Positions 39,283-49,544 of a stretch of 64,000 nucleotides of DNA are shown here, in pieces. A model generated the notes under the pieces. It saw only the letters and a program-made list of their open reading frames with translations. It made no database searches and had not been told where the DNA came from. Where the stretch lies: NCBI GenBank assembly GCA_965243205.1, contig CBDEUK010000002.1, positions 1,248,001 through 1,312,000 on the forward strand. The letters run 5' to 3'. The stretch's first letter is position 1; each line of letters begins with the position of its first letter. The translations under genes and the position numbers were made by a program. Source of the stretch: Gammaproteobacteria bacterium. Its GTDB lineage: Bacteria; Pseudomonadota; Gammaproteobacteria; Eutrophobiales; Eutrophobiaceae.

Positions 39283-39935
39283 GCGACGGCTAGTGAAATA
39301 GATTTTTTAATAGTACTTAAGTTTAGATCCAATTCTTCCATAATAAACGGTAAGAACTTATCAGCCACTTCTTGTACTGAATCATTAATTGAGAATTGTT
39401 TTAACTGAGTTACTTCTAAACCTTCATAACCACATGGGTTAATACCCTTAAAAGGTGACAAATCCATATTCACATTTAAAGCTAAACCATGGTAACAATA
39501 GCCGCGTTTAATACGTATTCCTAAAGCGGATATTTTTTTCTGATTAATATAGACACCAGGTGCGTTATCTTTTCGTTCAGCAAGTAACCCATATTCTTTA
39601 GCAAGCAAATCGATCACTGTTTGTTCTAAACTATTTACAAAACCTTTGACAGTAAAACCAAGACGTTTCAAATCCAGTAAAAAATAGAACACCAGTTGTC
39701 CAGGACCATGATAGGTTACTTGACCACCACGATCGGATTGTACAACGGGAATCGAATTTGTATTTAACACATGCTCTTTTTTACCGTTCAGACCTAAGGT
39801 ATAAACAGGTAAATGCTCAACCATCCAAATTTGATCCGTTGAATGTTCATCTCGCTCTTGAGTAAAATCCTGCATTGCCTGAAAACAGGTTTCATAATCT
39901 TGAAGACCGAGTTGATGAATTTCGATTGGATTCAT
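39279..39935 (-). CDS. lipB: Octanoyltransferase
   Basis: [24 protein letters not shown]. Confidence 0.96.
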   Translation of the reverse strand: MNPIEIHQLGLQDYETCFQAMQDFTQERDEHSTDQIWMVEHLPVYTLGLNGKKEHVLNTNSIPVVQSDRGGQVTYHGPGQLVFYFLLDLKRLGFTVKGFVNSLEQTVIDLLAKEYGLLAERKDNAPGVYINQKKISALGIRIKRGYCYHGLALNVNMDLSPFKGINPCGYEGLEVTQLKQFSINDSVQEVADKFLPFIMEELDLNLSTIKKSISLAVA

Positions 39936-40219
39936 ATCGCCATGATGACCCGTTCGTGGCCAGATAATTCAATGTAGATATTATCCAATTGTTGTTTACT
40001 GGTTGCTTCAATCGTTACTGTAACCGAAAGATACTTTCCTCCATTACTAGAACGTGTTTTCACCGAGCCTTCCATCAAGTCAGTAACATGATTACGAATG
40101 ATGCCGACCACTAAAGAATCGAAATCATCTGAAGCCTTGCCCATTGCCTTAATCGGAAATTGGCAAGGGAATTCCATAATAGTTTCTTCTTCTGTGGATT
40201 GATTCATTTCTTCAGTCAT
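39932..40219 (-). CDS. ybeD: YbeD/DUF493 family protein
   Basis: EFPCQFPIKAMG, SNGGKYLSVT; directly upstream of lipB. Confidence 0.9.
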   Translation of the reverse strand: MTEEMNQSTEEETIMEFPCQFPIKAMGKASDDFDSLVVGIIRNHVTDLMEGSVKTRSSNGGKYLSVTVTIEATSKQQLDNIYIELSGHERVIMAI

Positions 40220-40278
40220 ATTAACGTAGTTATCTTTAAACAAATTATTAGGCATTATAATAGCCGACTCATTAAGAC

Positions 40279-40782
40279 ATGACACTTAAATCTAATCAAA
40301 CCCTGTCTGATTTAAAGGCCATCGATGCAAAGCCAGGCACACTCGAATGGATAGGCATTCGCCCTGCTCGCAAAGCTGAGCTGCAAAGCCTGAGCCAAGT
40401 AGAATTAATTGCAGATTATGGCCTAAGTGGTGACCATCGAGCCCAGAAACAAGGCTCAAAACGCCAAATTACCCTAATTCAATACGAATATCTGGCAGTC
40501 ATCGCTCAAATTCTTGGCAAAACATCGATAGATCCAATTTTACTGCGCCGTAACTGTGCCATATCAGGAATTAATGTGAATAGCTTACGCGACCAAATTT
40601 TCACTATTGGCGATATCGTTCTAGAAGGCACAGGCTACTGTCATCCATGTTCCAGAATGGAAGAAAATTTAGGCCCAGGAGGTTATAACGCTGTTCGAGG
40701 TCATGGTGGTATTAATGCCAAAATTTTAACCAGTGGTACCATTTCTATTGGCGATTCAGTCATTCGACAAAATAACGAATAA
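40279..40782 (+). CDS. MOSC domain protein
   Basis: GLSGD, RQITLI, LRRN, CHPCSRM, GGINAKIL..G.I..GD. Confidence 0.85.
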   Translation: MTLKSNQTLSDLKAIDAKPGTLEWIGIRPARKAELQSLSQVELIADYGLSGDHRAQKQGSKRQITLIQYEYLAVIAQILGKTSIDPILLRRNCAISGINVNSLRDQIFTIGDIVLEGTGYCHPCSRMEENLGPGGYNAVRGHGGINAKILTSGTISIGDSVIRQNNE

Positions 40783-40874
40783 ACCTAATCAAATCGCCAT
40801 AAACACAGCAAGCAGTTTGCTTTATAATAGCCCCATAACTATTACAAACGCTAAAGTTGCACGACGTTATTTTT

Positions 40875-43800
40875 ATGAAAACACATCAAGCCATTACGAA
40901 TAAAAAATTAACATTAGGCATTCCAGGTTTTACTTACGAAGATTTATATCAATCAGACAAGTTAAAACAACTCAATGAAATATTTCATGCCGAGTTATCA
41001 AACTCAGATAAAGACCTAGCCGAACAATTTTCAAACTATGCTAACAATGAGGATGCATTTACTCCTCAGCAGGTTTCTGACTTACTAGTCAATGTTGCAC
41101 CTTATATCGGTAGTTTCGTTGCAAAATTATTTGATGTAAGTGATATAAAACAAGAGCAAGCCGAAGTCATTACATCGGATATGAGCAGTGTGTTTGTATT
41201 TCGTAATGAAATTGTTGAAAAACTCAACACTAAATTCAAAAAAATCGATACCTCTGATTGGGATTTCAATTCTATTCAAGCAGATTTAGATCTTTTACAA
41301 CAAGCTGCCTTTCCTGAAACCTTAGATGTTAAAGATGATGAAAAAGCAATTGCTTATATTGGAGCAAGACTTGCGAACTTAGCGGACCATTTTTTATTAC
41401 TCAAAAAAGAGAAACCCACAGATTATCCAGGTGGTGTTGCCTCTGCCGATGCCCATACTAAAAAACTACGCGACGATTTAAATAAACATGCTGAAGCTAA
41501 TACTCGATTTTCTAATGCATTAGCTTTAGAAGATGATGCAGAGTTTATTAATGAAATTGCTTATATCGTGCAATGTTGGTGTAAAGCTACCACCTTAGAA
41601 AACAGTCCGCTTGCTGATAAAACTCTCGGTTGGCTAAGCTTTAAAGAAGTTGCTAAACGTGATTTTAATCATTTAGTACATCACGATACTTTCGAACGTG
41701 ACGGTTTTGATACCTGGGTTTGTGAAAAACATGACGCTCGAAACCGTGATGGTTTTGCATTAACTGATAAACGGTTTGATCAAAGACATGTTCTATACGA
41801 AGTCAATCATTGTATCTATTGTCACGAACGTGATACCGACTCCTGTTCAAAAGGCATGCGCAATAAGAAAACGGAAGAGTTTAAAGTTAATCCTCTCGGT
41901 TCAGTTATCACAGGTTGTCCTTTAGGTGAAAAAATTTCTGAAATGCATGTCGTCAAAAAAGATGGTGACAACATCGGCGCATTAGCATTGGTGGTATTGG
42001 ATAATCCAATGTGTCCTGGCACTGGTCATCGTATTTGTAATGATTGTATGCGCGGTTGTATTTATCAAAAAACCGAGCCCGTCAACATTCCACAAATCGA
42101 AACAAATGTTTTAACTGATGTATTATTCATGCCTTGGGGTTTTGAGATTTATAGTTTTCTAACCCGTTGGAACCCATTAAATATCAAACGTCCATATGCG
42201 CTTCCTTATAATGGAAAAAATATTATGGTCGTTGGAATGGGCCCAGCAGGTTACACCTTAGCGCATTATTTATTGAATGAGGGTTTTGCTGTTGCGGGTA
42301 TTGATGCTTTAAAGATAGAGCCTTTACCAACAAATTTAGTTGGCGATAAAGATACCACACCAGAACCTATCTATGACTTTAATGATATTTACGAAGAACT
42401 CGATAAACGTTTACTTGCTGGTTTTGGTGGCGTTGCAGAATACGGTATTACTGTACGTTGGGATAAAAACTTTTTAAAAGTAATTTATTTAACACTTGCT
42501 AGGAACAATGCATTTCGTTGTTATGGTGGTGTGCGTTTTGGCGGCACAGTGACTATAGAAGATGCTTGGCAGCTTGGTTTTGATCATATCGCTATTGCAT
42601 CTGGAGCTGGCAAACCGACAATTATCGGTCTTAAAAATAATTTAATTCGCGGCATTCGCAAAGCCTCTGACTTCTTAATGACTTTGCAATTAACAGGTGC
42701 TGCTAAAGATAATTCTATGGCCAACTTACAAGTTCGTTTACCTGTTGGCATTATCGGTGGTGGTCTAACCGCGATTGATACTACGACTGAAGTCATGGCG
42801 TATTACCCTGTTCAAGTTGAAAAGATATTAAAACGTTACACCGTATTATCGAATGAACTTGGCGAAGAAGCTGTTCGTGCTCGTTACGATAAAGAAGAGT
42901 TAGAAATTCTGGATGAATTTTTAGAACACGGTAAAGCTATAGCTGCCGTGCGTAAAAAAGCAGAAGCAGCAAATGAAACACCCAACTTTGAGCCTTTAAT
43001 TACTGCTTGGGGTGGTGTGACTATGTTTTATCGCAAGGGTATTAAAAATTCACCAGCCTATACTCAAAATCATGAAGAAATTCATGAAGCTTTACAAGAA
43101 GGCATTCAATTAGCCGAAGGCATGAATCCTTTAGAAGCTGTGCCAGATCAATACGGCGCTTTAAAAGGCGTTAAGTTTGATAAATTAATTGAAGAAGATG
43201 GTCGTTGGGTATCCGAATCCAATGAATTCGAAGTTCCATTAAAAAGTTTATTCGTTGCAGCAGGTACTGCACCTAATACGATTTACCAACAAGAATATCC
43301 CGACACTTTTTCCATGGATAAAAAGTTTTTCCAACGCTATGAACCGAGTTGGAATGGTAAAGACTTACTTGAGTTAGTAGCTATGGAAGACGCTACAGAG
43401 CCTAAAATTGGTAAACCTGCACCTTTTACCTCTTATCAAAAAGATGGCAAGTTTATTAGCTTCTATGGTGATAACCACCCTGTTTATGCAGGTAATGTGG
43501 TAAAAGCTATGGCCAGCGCCAAAGATGGTTATCCATATGTTGCCCAATTATTCGAAAAAGAACTAGCAAAACTAGAGCCGAATAAACAAACTGAGCGCGA
43601 TCAATCGTTAATTAATTTATTTGATTCTATTGATAGACAATTACTAGCAACAGTAGTGGAAGTTAATCGTTTAACACCAACTATTATTGAAGTAATTGTA
43701 AAAGCACCTTTGCAAGCCAAAAAATTTCATCCTGGCCAATTTTATCGCGTACAAAACTTTGAATCCTTAGCACCTACAATTGATGATACGGTATTAGCAG

Positions 43801-44609
43801 CTGAAGGCTTAGCGTTAACAGGTGCCTGGGTAGATCAAGAACAAGGGTTAATTTCATTAATCACATTAGAGATGGGTAGCTCATCTCGTTTATGCGCTAC
43901 TTGGAAAAAAGGTGATCCACTTGTGGTAATGGGTGTTACTGGTGCACCAACAGAAATTTCAAAAAATGAAACGGTTATGTTAGTTGGTGGTGGGCTTGGT
44001 AATGCCGTCCAATTCTCTATTGGCAAAGCCTTACGCGCTTTAGGTAACAAAGTCATTTATTTCGCTGGCTATAAAAACCCTACTGATATTTTTAAAGTCA
44101 AAGATATTGAAGAAGCCTCAGATGTTATTGTTTGGGCAGTTGATCCTGCGCCTGGAGTTGAAGCGATTGAAACAACTCGACCACAAGATAAATCCACGGT
44201 AGGAAATATTCTAGAAGCCATTGAACGCTTTGCTAAAGGTGATCTAGGTAAATCTGATATTTCTCTTAAAGACGTTGATAACATGATTGTCATCGGTTCA
44301 GACAGAATGATGGCCGCAGTTAAAGAATCTCGGCATGGAAAATTGAAAGAATATTTTAAACCAAATCATACAGCAATAGGTTCTATTAATTCACCCATGC
44401 AATGTATGATGAAAGGTGTTTGTGCGCAGTGTTTATGCAAACATATCGATCCAGAAACCAAAGAAGAGTATTTTGTATATTCTTGTTATAACCAGGATCA
44501 AGATTTGGATAAAGTCGATTTTGAAAATTTAAATGCTCGATTACGACAAAACAGTGTACAAGAAAAATTGTCTAATTTATGGTTGGATAAATTACTTTCC
44601 AATCAATAG
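40875..44609 (+). CDS. Large Fe-S flavoprotein: GltD/NfnB-like module fused to a PyrK/NfnA-like FNR-[2Fe-2S] module
   Basis: CIYCH..C, GCP, CPGTGHRICNDCMRGC; GMGPAG and GGGLTAID dinucleotide motifs; GGGLGNA and SPMQCMMKGVCAQCLC. Confidence 0.75.
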   Translation: MKTHQAITNKKLTLGIPGFTYEDLYQSDKLKQLNEIFHAELSNSDKDLAEQFSNYANNEDAFTPQQVSDLLVNVAPYIGSFVAKLFDVSDIKQEQAEVITSDMSSVFVFRNEIVEKLNTKFKKIDTSDWDFNSIQADLDLLQQAAFPETLDVKDDEKAIAYIGARLANLADHFLLLKKEKPTDYPGGVASADAHTKKLRDDLNKHAEANTRFSNALALEDDAEFINEIAYIVQCWCKATTLENSPLADKTLGWLSFKEVAKRDFNHLVHHDTFERDGFDTWVCEKHDARNRDGFALTDKRFDQRHVLYEVNHCIYCHERDTDSCSKGMRNKKTEEFKVNPLGSVITGCPLGEKISEMHVVKKDGDNIGALALVVLDNPMCPGTGHRICNDCMRGCIYQKTEPVNIPQIETNVLTDVLFMPWGFEIYSFLTRWNPLNIKRPYALPYNGKNIMVVGMGPAGYTLAHYLLNEGFAVAGIDALKIEPLPTNLVGDKDTTPEPIYDFNDIYEELDKRLLAGFGGVAEYGITVRWDKNFLKVIYLTLARNNAFRCYGGVRFGGTVTIEDAWQLGFDHIAIASGAGKPTIIGLKNNLIRGIRKASDFLMTLQLTGAAKDNSMANLQVRLPVGIIGGGLTAIDTTTEVMAYYPVQVEKILKRYTVLSNELGEEAVRARYDKEELEILDEFLEHGKAIAAVRKKAEAANETPNFEPLITAWGGVTMFYRKGIKNSPAYTQNHEEIHEALQEGIQLAEGMNPLEAVPDQYGALKGVKFDKLIEEDGRWVSESNEFEVPLKSLFVAAGTAPNTIYQQEYPDTFSMDKKFFQRYEPSWNGKDLLELVAMEDATEPKIGKPAPFTSYQKDGKFISFYGDNHPVYAGNVVKAMASAKDGYPYVAQLFEKELAKLEPNKQTERDQSLINLFDSIDRQLLATVVEVNRLTPTIIEVIVKAPLQAKKFHPGQFYRVQNFESLAPTIDDTVLAAEGLALTGAWVDQEQGLISLITLEMGSSSRLCATWKKGDPLVVMGVTGAPTEISKNETVMLVGGGLGNAVQFSIGKALRALGNKVIYFAGYKNPTDIFKVKDIEEASDVIVWAVDPAPGVEAIETTRPQDKSTVGNILEAIERFAKGDLGKSDISLKDVDNMIVIGSDRMMAAVKESRHGKLKEYFKPNHTAIGSINSPMQCMMKGVCAQCLCKHIDPETKEEYFVYSCYNQDQDLDKVDFENLNARLRQNSVQEKLSNLWLDKLLSNQ

Positions 44610-44614
44610 ATAAT

Positions 44615-45022
44615 TTATCGAATTCTATTAAGATATTTATCTAAATGAAGGTGCCTGAACACAGCTTCATTCCAAGGTTCATCGCTAAGTACATCGTGAT
44701 AAGCTTTATTTAATACAAAGGCATACGCTTTATAACTTTGCTCAGATTCATCCTTAACTTCAACTAGAGTCCTATCATAAAAATACGATTCAAATATATC
44801 AATTAAATTCAAAGATTCCTCATCGACATCGAAATAAATTAATCCATCGATTATAGTCTTCTCAGCGGTCGGAATAATTGCTGGGAACACATGATTTTTC
44901 ACTAAATATCTTTCGTAAGAAGATAAATACACTTTTTCTGTTTTAAACGTTTTATTAGTAACTGCATACATCACTTCTGATGCGCATAAAGTACCGTATG
45001 TAAAAACATTATATAAGGACAT
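44615..45022 (-). CDS. Gamma-glutamylcyclotransferase (AIG2-like)
   Basis: VFTYGTL, FPAI, IDIFE...YDR. Confidence 0.85.
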   Translation of the reverse strand: MSLYNVFTYGTLCASEVMYAVTNKTFKTEKVYLSSYERYLVKNHVFPAIIPTAEKTIIDGLIYFDVDEESLNLIDIFESYFYDRTLVEVKDESEQSYKAYAFVLNKAYHDVLSDEPWNEAVFRHLHLDKYLNRIR

Positions 45023-45098
45023 ATTTTTTCACATGTTCAACTCAACAAAATTGATAGTATACTACCTTTAAGATTTCAAAAAGTTTTGCTAGGTAAAT

Positions 45099-46103
45099 AT
45101 GAATATTGTAAATGGAGATGCTGCGGCTGGTTCTTTCAAACAAGCATTTGATATGCCAGTAGATGAACTATTAGTTTTCCGTGATGTATTGTCAGTCGGT
45201 TCTATTCAAAAATTTAATTCTATAACTGAATGGAGAGAAACAAGGCAATTTTTTTGGAATCATATCATGAAAATTACAGGAACAGATCCGCAATATTTCA
45301 CTGATTTTTCAAGAGATTTTTATATTGATTTTGAAGAGTTACTAGATTCGAAAGAAATACATTTATGGATAGGCTGTGCATTAAGCGATCAACTATTATT
45401 GGTTTTTCTTGTCTATCTACTGCATCAACATAAAATTAATCTAAATAATTTATTTATTTATCAATACACTCAAACTAATAATTTGAAAATCGCACATGGA
45501 CTTGGAATGCTTGATCCTGAAAGGATTAAGCAAACACCAGAAAAATTCAACCTCACAGAACAACAAACCTTAGAATGTCTCAACGCATGGGAAGCAGTCA
45601 CTCATCATTCACCTGAACAATATTTAACTATTATCAATTCTGAAAACAGCTCTCTACCAATGCTTAATAGAGCATTGAAAGCGTTACTATTTCGTTACCC
45701 AAACAGTGATAACGGCTTATCGTATATCGATGAAGTTATACTAAAAAATACAACACTACATGGACCTAAAGCCTCAAAAATTATTGGCTATACTCTTGGA
45801 GAGGATTGGCATGAAGATAGAATCCAAGGCTTGGATTTAGTTGGAGATTTATATTTATATGGTCGTCTACAAAATATGGCATCTCCTATTTTGACTCACC
45901 CATTACTTTCGTTAAATAAGCCAAATGTATCTATGAAAGAAACAGAATTAGAAATTCTAGATTTTGGATTAGACGTATTAAACAAAAAAAAGAACTCCAT
46001 TGAATTGAATGGCATTGATGACTGGGTATGCGGAGTACATTTAAACTCGTTGGAAAATTTATGGTACCGAAACGATACTGATTTAACATTAGTAAAAAAT
46101 TAG
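45099..46103 (+). CDS. DUF1835-like protein
   Basis: IVNGDAAAGS, DVLSVG, LWIG..LSDQL, P...NGLS. Confidence 0.7.
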   Translation: MNIVNGDAAAGSFKQAFDMPVDELLVFRDVLSVGSIQKFNSITEWRETRQFFWNHIMKITGTDPQYFTDFSRDFYIDFEELLDSKEIHLWIGCALSDQLLLVFLVYLLHQHKINLNNLFIYQYTQTNNLKIAHGLGMLDPERIKQTPEKFNLTEQQTLECLNAWEAVTHHSPEQYLTIINSENSSLPMLNRALKALLFRYPNSDNGLSYIDEVILKNTTLHGPKASKIIGYTLGEDWHEDRIQGLDLVGDLYLYGRLQNMASPILTHPLLSLNKPNVSMKETELEILDFGLDVLNKKKNSIELNGIDDWVCGVHLNSLENLWYRNDTDLTLVKN

Positions 46104-46125
46104 TGTAGTTTTCCTAAAAATTTAC

Positions 46126-47067
46126 TCAAGCTAATTCTGTTATCATCTGCTGACGTAATTCTAATTCTTTAGGTACTTGTTGTAGTTTTTCAATTTTTTT
46201 TAAGCTATGTAACAAACCTTTTTGATTTGCTATTTGAATATTGAGGCCTGGCCGTGCGTTTAATTCTAACATCAAAGGCCCCAAGTTTTTATCTAGTACA
46301 ATATCAACCCCTATATACTGCAAACCAACCATATCAGAACATTGCATTGCTAATTGTAAAATTTCTTCCCATTTTGGTATGGAAATATTACTCGTAGCAT
46401 AAGCTGTATCTGGATGAACATTGATATTTTTATTGTGTAAAACCCCTGATGTAGTTTTACCATTCATCAAATCAATACCTATACCCATAGCACCTTGATG
46501 TAAATTTGCTTTACCATCAGATTCACGTGTTGGTAACCTCAACATTGCTGCAATAGGAATACCTCTAAACACTATGACTCGAATATCAGGAACACCTTGA
46601 TATGTAATGTGTTCAAAAAAAGGATCAAAATTCACTCTATATTCAATAATCGCTTGATCGTTTATTCCGCTTAAACTGTACATGCCACTCAATATGTTTG
46701 AAACATAATGCTTTAGACTTTCAATTGAAATCAAATCGCCATTTGATTTTTGAAAATAATTACCAATCTTATTTTTCACTACCATAATCCCATTACCACC
46801 ACTTCCATGAGACGGTTTAATAACAAATTCTTTTTTACTGGATATTACTTCTTCAAGATTTTTTAATTCATGTTGTGCTTGTATGACATAATATAAAGCT
46901 GGAACTTTTATATTTTTCTCTATGGCTATTTTTTTAGTTTTAAGCTTATCATCAACCAGTGGGTATAAATTCCGAGAGTTATACCTCATGATATAATCTG
47001 CATTACGCTGATTAATTCCAAGTAAGCCGTGATTCATTAAACGTGAAAAAGAATTTTTAAAAAACAA
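46126..47067 (-). CDS. Alpha-L-glutamate ligase-like ATP-grasp protein (RimK-related)
   Basis: VDDKLKTK, KPSHGSGGNGI, GKANLHQGA, LELNARPGL. Confidence 0.88.
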   Translation of the reverse strand: MFFKNSFSRLMNHGLLGINQRNADYIMRYNSRNLYPLVDDKLKTKKIAIEKNIKVPALYYVIQAQHELKNLEEVISSKKEFVIKPSHGSGGNGIMVVKNKIGNYFQKSNGDLISIESLKHYVSNILSGMYSLSGINDQAIIEYRVNFDPFFEHITYQGVPDIRVIVFRGIPIAAMLRLPTRESDGKANLHQGAMGIGIDLMNGKTTSGVLHNKNINVHPDTAYATSNISIPKWEEILQLAMQCSDMVGLQYIGVDIVLDKNLGPLMLELNARPGLNIQIANQKGLLHSLKKIEKLQQVPKELELRQQMITELA

Positions 47068-48597
47068 TTAACTATCCTTCAAAAAATCTTTGAATCGGTA
47101 CAATTCCACTAAACGGTATCCTGTATAACGCCCCATCAATAAACACAATGCTAAAATAATGAGTAATAATTCAGGAAAAACAAAGAGTAGATAACTCAAA
47201 TATTCATTTGTCATTACCAAATAACCAAGGCATGCCAAGATCAAACTTCCTATCCCCTGTTCAATAGCATCACGTGCTCCACTTTCTTCCCAAACAATCG
47301 ACATTCTTTCTATTGTCATTGCTAAAATAACCATCGGAAACAAAGCGATAGAAATAAACCGATCGCCCTCTAAACCATTTGATACCATGCTTACTAATAA
47401 CATTAGAATAACAACAATTACTAAAATTGATGCTAATCTTGGAACAAGTAATAACATTAATTGTTCAAGGTATGAACGAATAAATAAACCTATTACAACT
47501 ATTCCACTAAAAATCAACACGCCCCAAAACAATTGGGTTTCTCGAAAAGAAATAGCAATAAGAATAGGCATAAATGTTCCGAAAGTATTAATCCCTATAA
47601 ACGTTCGAAAAAAAACAATCAGTAATGCGCCAAGTGGCAACATTAATAATAAACGTAAAACATTTTGTTCATTCACGGGTAATGAAAATAACGTTAAATT
47701 TGATAACAATGAATGCGAAGATATATTTCGTTGATGAATAATATTGATTAATTCCTCATAACTTTTTGTCACAGAAAATTTCACATCAATATCTTGTCCC
47801 CCAGTTAATTGATACATAGGGTCACTTCCAACCATCCATATAAAGAAATTTTTGGGCATACCTGATACAGCGGTTTTAGGATCGAATAAAGCCCACTTAT
47901 TTCCATTGTATACTTGTAACATGGGGATAAGACTTAAATCATTACTAGATTTACTAATATCAACGCCCCATACCTCTCTTGCCGGAATACGTACACCTTT
48001 TAATACATTGATAATTTCTTTAATCCATTCACTATCGTTAGAGTATTTTTGTTTAAGCAATTTGATATTTTCATCAGTCTCACTTGCATTTAACCTCTGT
48101 AATAGCTCGCGAGTATATGTAAATACATCTGCAGACTCGCTTCTTACATCATCAATAACTGCTTGAATAGCAGTTGCGTAAGGTTCTGGGTATTCTGGAG
48201 GTTCGGGGAAATCTGGTTTACTTAGCCATTGATCATCTTGCTGTTGAGTACTTCGAGTCAATGTCGTTCGATAATATAAACTCTCTTGTTTTCTACCTCT
48301 TCTAACAGCCCATTCAGCAATCCGATTATCTTCTCTCTTTTCTATTGCCAAGCCATAACGGCTAGAAATCATATCCTCATCAATTTTTTCAAAACCAGGA
48401 GTGTTTTTCGGGATATGAAAACTAAGTTTTACAGGCTTATTTTTTCCATTGAATGAAAGTTTAGCTTGTAGGATCCATACTTCCGTTTTCTGATTAGAGA
48501 CTAAAGGAATATTAATATAGAAATGTTTATAGATAAAAATCGAAAAGCCCAAGGCCATTAAACCAAACGACCAGAATATGACTGCTTTATTTCTCAT
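47068..48597 (-). CDS. Inactive transglutaminase fused to 7TM domain (RloB-like)
   Basis: IPAREV, TFGTFMPILIA, LLLVPRL, LFPMVILAMTIER, GRYTGYRL. Confidence 0.85.
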   Translation of the reverse strand: MRNKAVIFWSFGLMALGFSIFIYKHFYINIPLVSNQKTEVWILQAKLSFNGKNKPVKLSFHIPKNTPGFEKIDEDMISSRYGLAIEKREDNRIAEWAVRRGRKQESLYYRTTLTRSTQQQDDQWLSKPDFPEPPEYPEPYATAIQAVIDDVRSESADVFTYTRELLQRLNASETDENIKLLKQKYSNDSEWIKEIINVLKGVRIPAREVWGVDISKSSNDLSLIPMLQVYNGNKWALFDPKTAVSGMPKNFFIWMVGSDPMYQLTGGQDIDVKFSVTKSYEELINIIHQRNISSHSLLSNLTLFSLPVNEQNVLRLLLMLPLGALLIVFFRTFIGINTFGTFMPILIAISFRETQLFWGVLIFSGIVVIGLFIRSYLEQLMLLLVPRLASILVIVVILMLLVSMVSNGLEGDRFISIALFPMVILAMTIERMSIVWEESGARDAIEQGIGSLILACLGYLVMTNEYLSYLLFVFPELLLIILALCLLMGRYTGYRLVELYRFKDFLKDS

Positions 48598-48625
48598 CTC
48601 TACATAGAATAATAAAATTAATAAA

Positions 48626-49135
48626 TTATAGGCAAGCCATTTCTGTCAAGAATGTCTTTTCAGGATCAATAATTACATTACCTGAAAGAAAGCGCCTTCC
48701 TAATAATATAGGGTAAATAAATTCTGAGCGATCAACCAAATTAAATTGTGTTTCTATTATTTTATTATTGAAACAAATATTTAAATTCACAACAAAACGA
48801 TGATCGTAATTACCATCGTGATTTTTGATTTTCACATCTCTAACTAAAGGCTTTTCCATAAGAAACAAATTCTTCTTATTTTTATTTTCCGGCAAAATTA
48901 TTTGAAATCTTACCCAATCTTCACCATTGTTATCAAATCGTTCAATATCGGTGGCATTAATTGAAGAAGTTTTTGCACCTGTATCCAGTTTTGCTTTTAT
49001 ATTCAGAGGAATATTTTCAACTTTTATATTCTCAACCCACCCTGATATCACTTTATTTTTTTCAGAATCTGCTAAGATTTGAGGTGTGATAACAAGCAGT
49101 AAAAATATTTTTAATAGATACATTTTAGAAATCAT
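48626..49135 (-). CDS. Secreted retropepsin-like aspartic peptidase (RimK-associated 'Zn protease', RloA-like)
   Basis: GWVE, AKLDTGAKTSSI, YPILLGRRFL. Confidence 0.85.
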   Translation of the reverse strand: MISKMYLLKIFLLLVITPQILADSEKNKVISGWVENIKVENIPLNIKAKLDTGAKTSSINATDIERFDNNGEDWVRFQIILPENKNKKNLFLMEKPLVRDVKIKNHDGNYDHRFVVNLNICFNNKIIETQFNLVDRSEFIYPILLGRRFLSGNVIIDPEKTFLTEMACL

Positions 49136-49271
49136 CTGTAAATTAAATATTAAGACCTATGATACTGATATATGTCACAGCTAAATAAATCAATATTCAA
49201 TACTTGAGAGATAGTTAACAATAAACTACTAGTTTAGAGATGATATAGAAGTGAATATTTCCTGTTTTTAA

Positions 49272-49544
49272 CTATCCACCCTCAATTGCAGGAACTAAAT
49301 CTAATACATCGTTTATTCGTACTAAATTTTGGAAATCATGTTCGCGAATTTGATCGTTATTGTGAAAAAATAAAAGCTGTGGATTTAACTTCTTATGCTC
49401 TTTCCAAATAAGTTCTTTTAATTCGGGATATAAATTTGCACCATAATGCAGACAATCTTCAATTGTATTGCCCATTAATTCAATATGTAATTTTTGGTTA
49501 ATTTCTCTCATCAAAGATGGAGAAAGTCGTAACGTTAAGCGCAT
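49272..49544 (-). CDS. MoaD/ThiS-like sulfur carrier
   Basis: 90 aa ending VPAIEGG; overlaps the 3' end of the AOR gene. Confidence 0.8.
   Translation of the reverse strand: MRLTLRLSPSLMREINQKLHIELMGNTIEDCLHYGANLYPELKELIWKEHKKLNPQLLFFHNNDQIREHDFQNLVRINDVLDLVPAIEGG

Noticed and set aside
49165-49180. LexA-like box CTGATATATGTCACAG upstream of the aspartic peptidase operon
   Set aside because: One half-site deviates from CTGT and there is no functional link to SOS; likely chance in AT-rich DNA.
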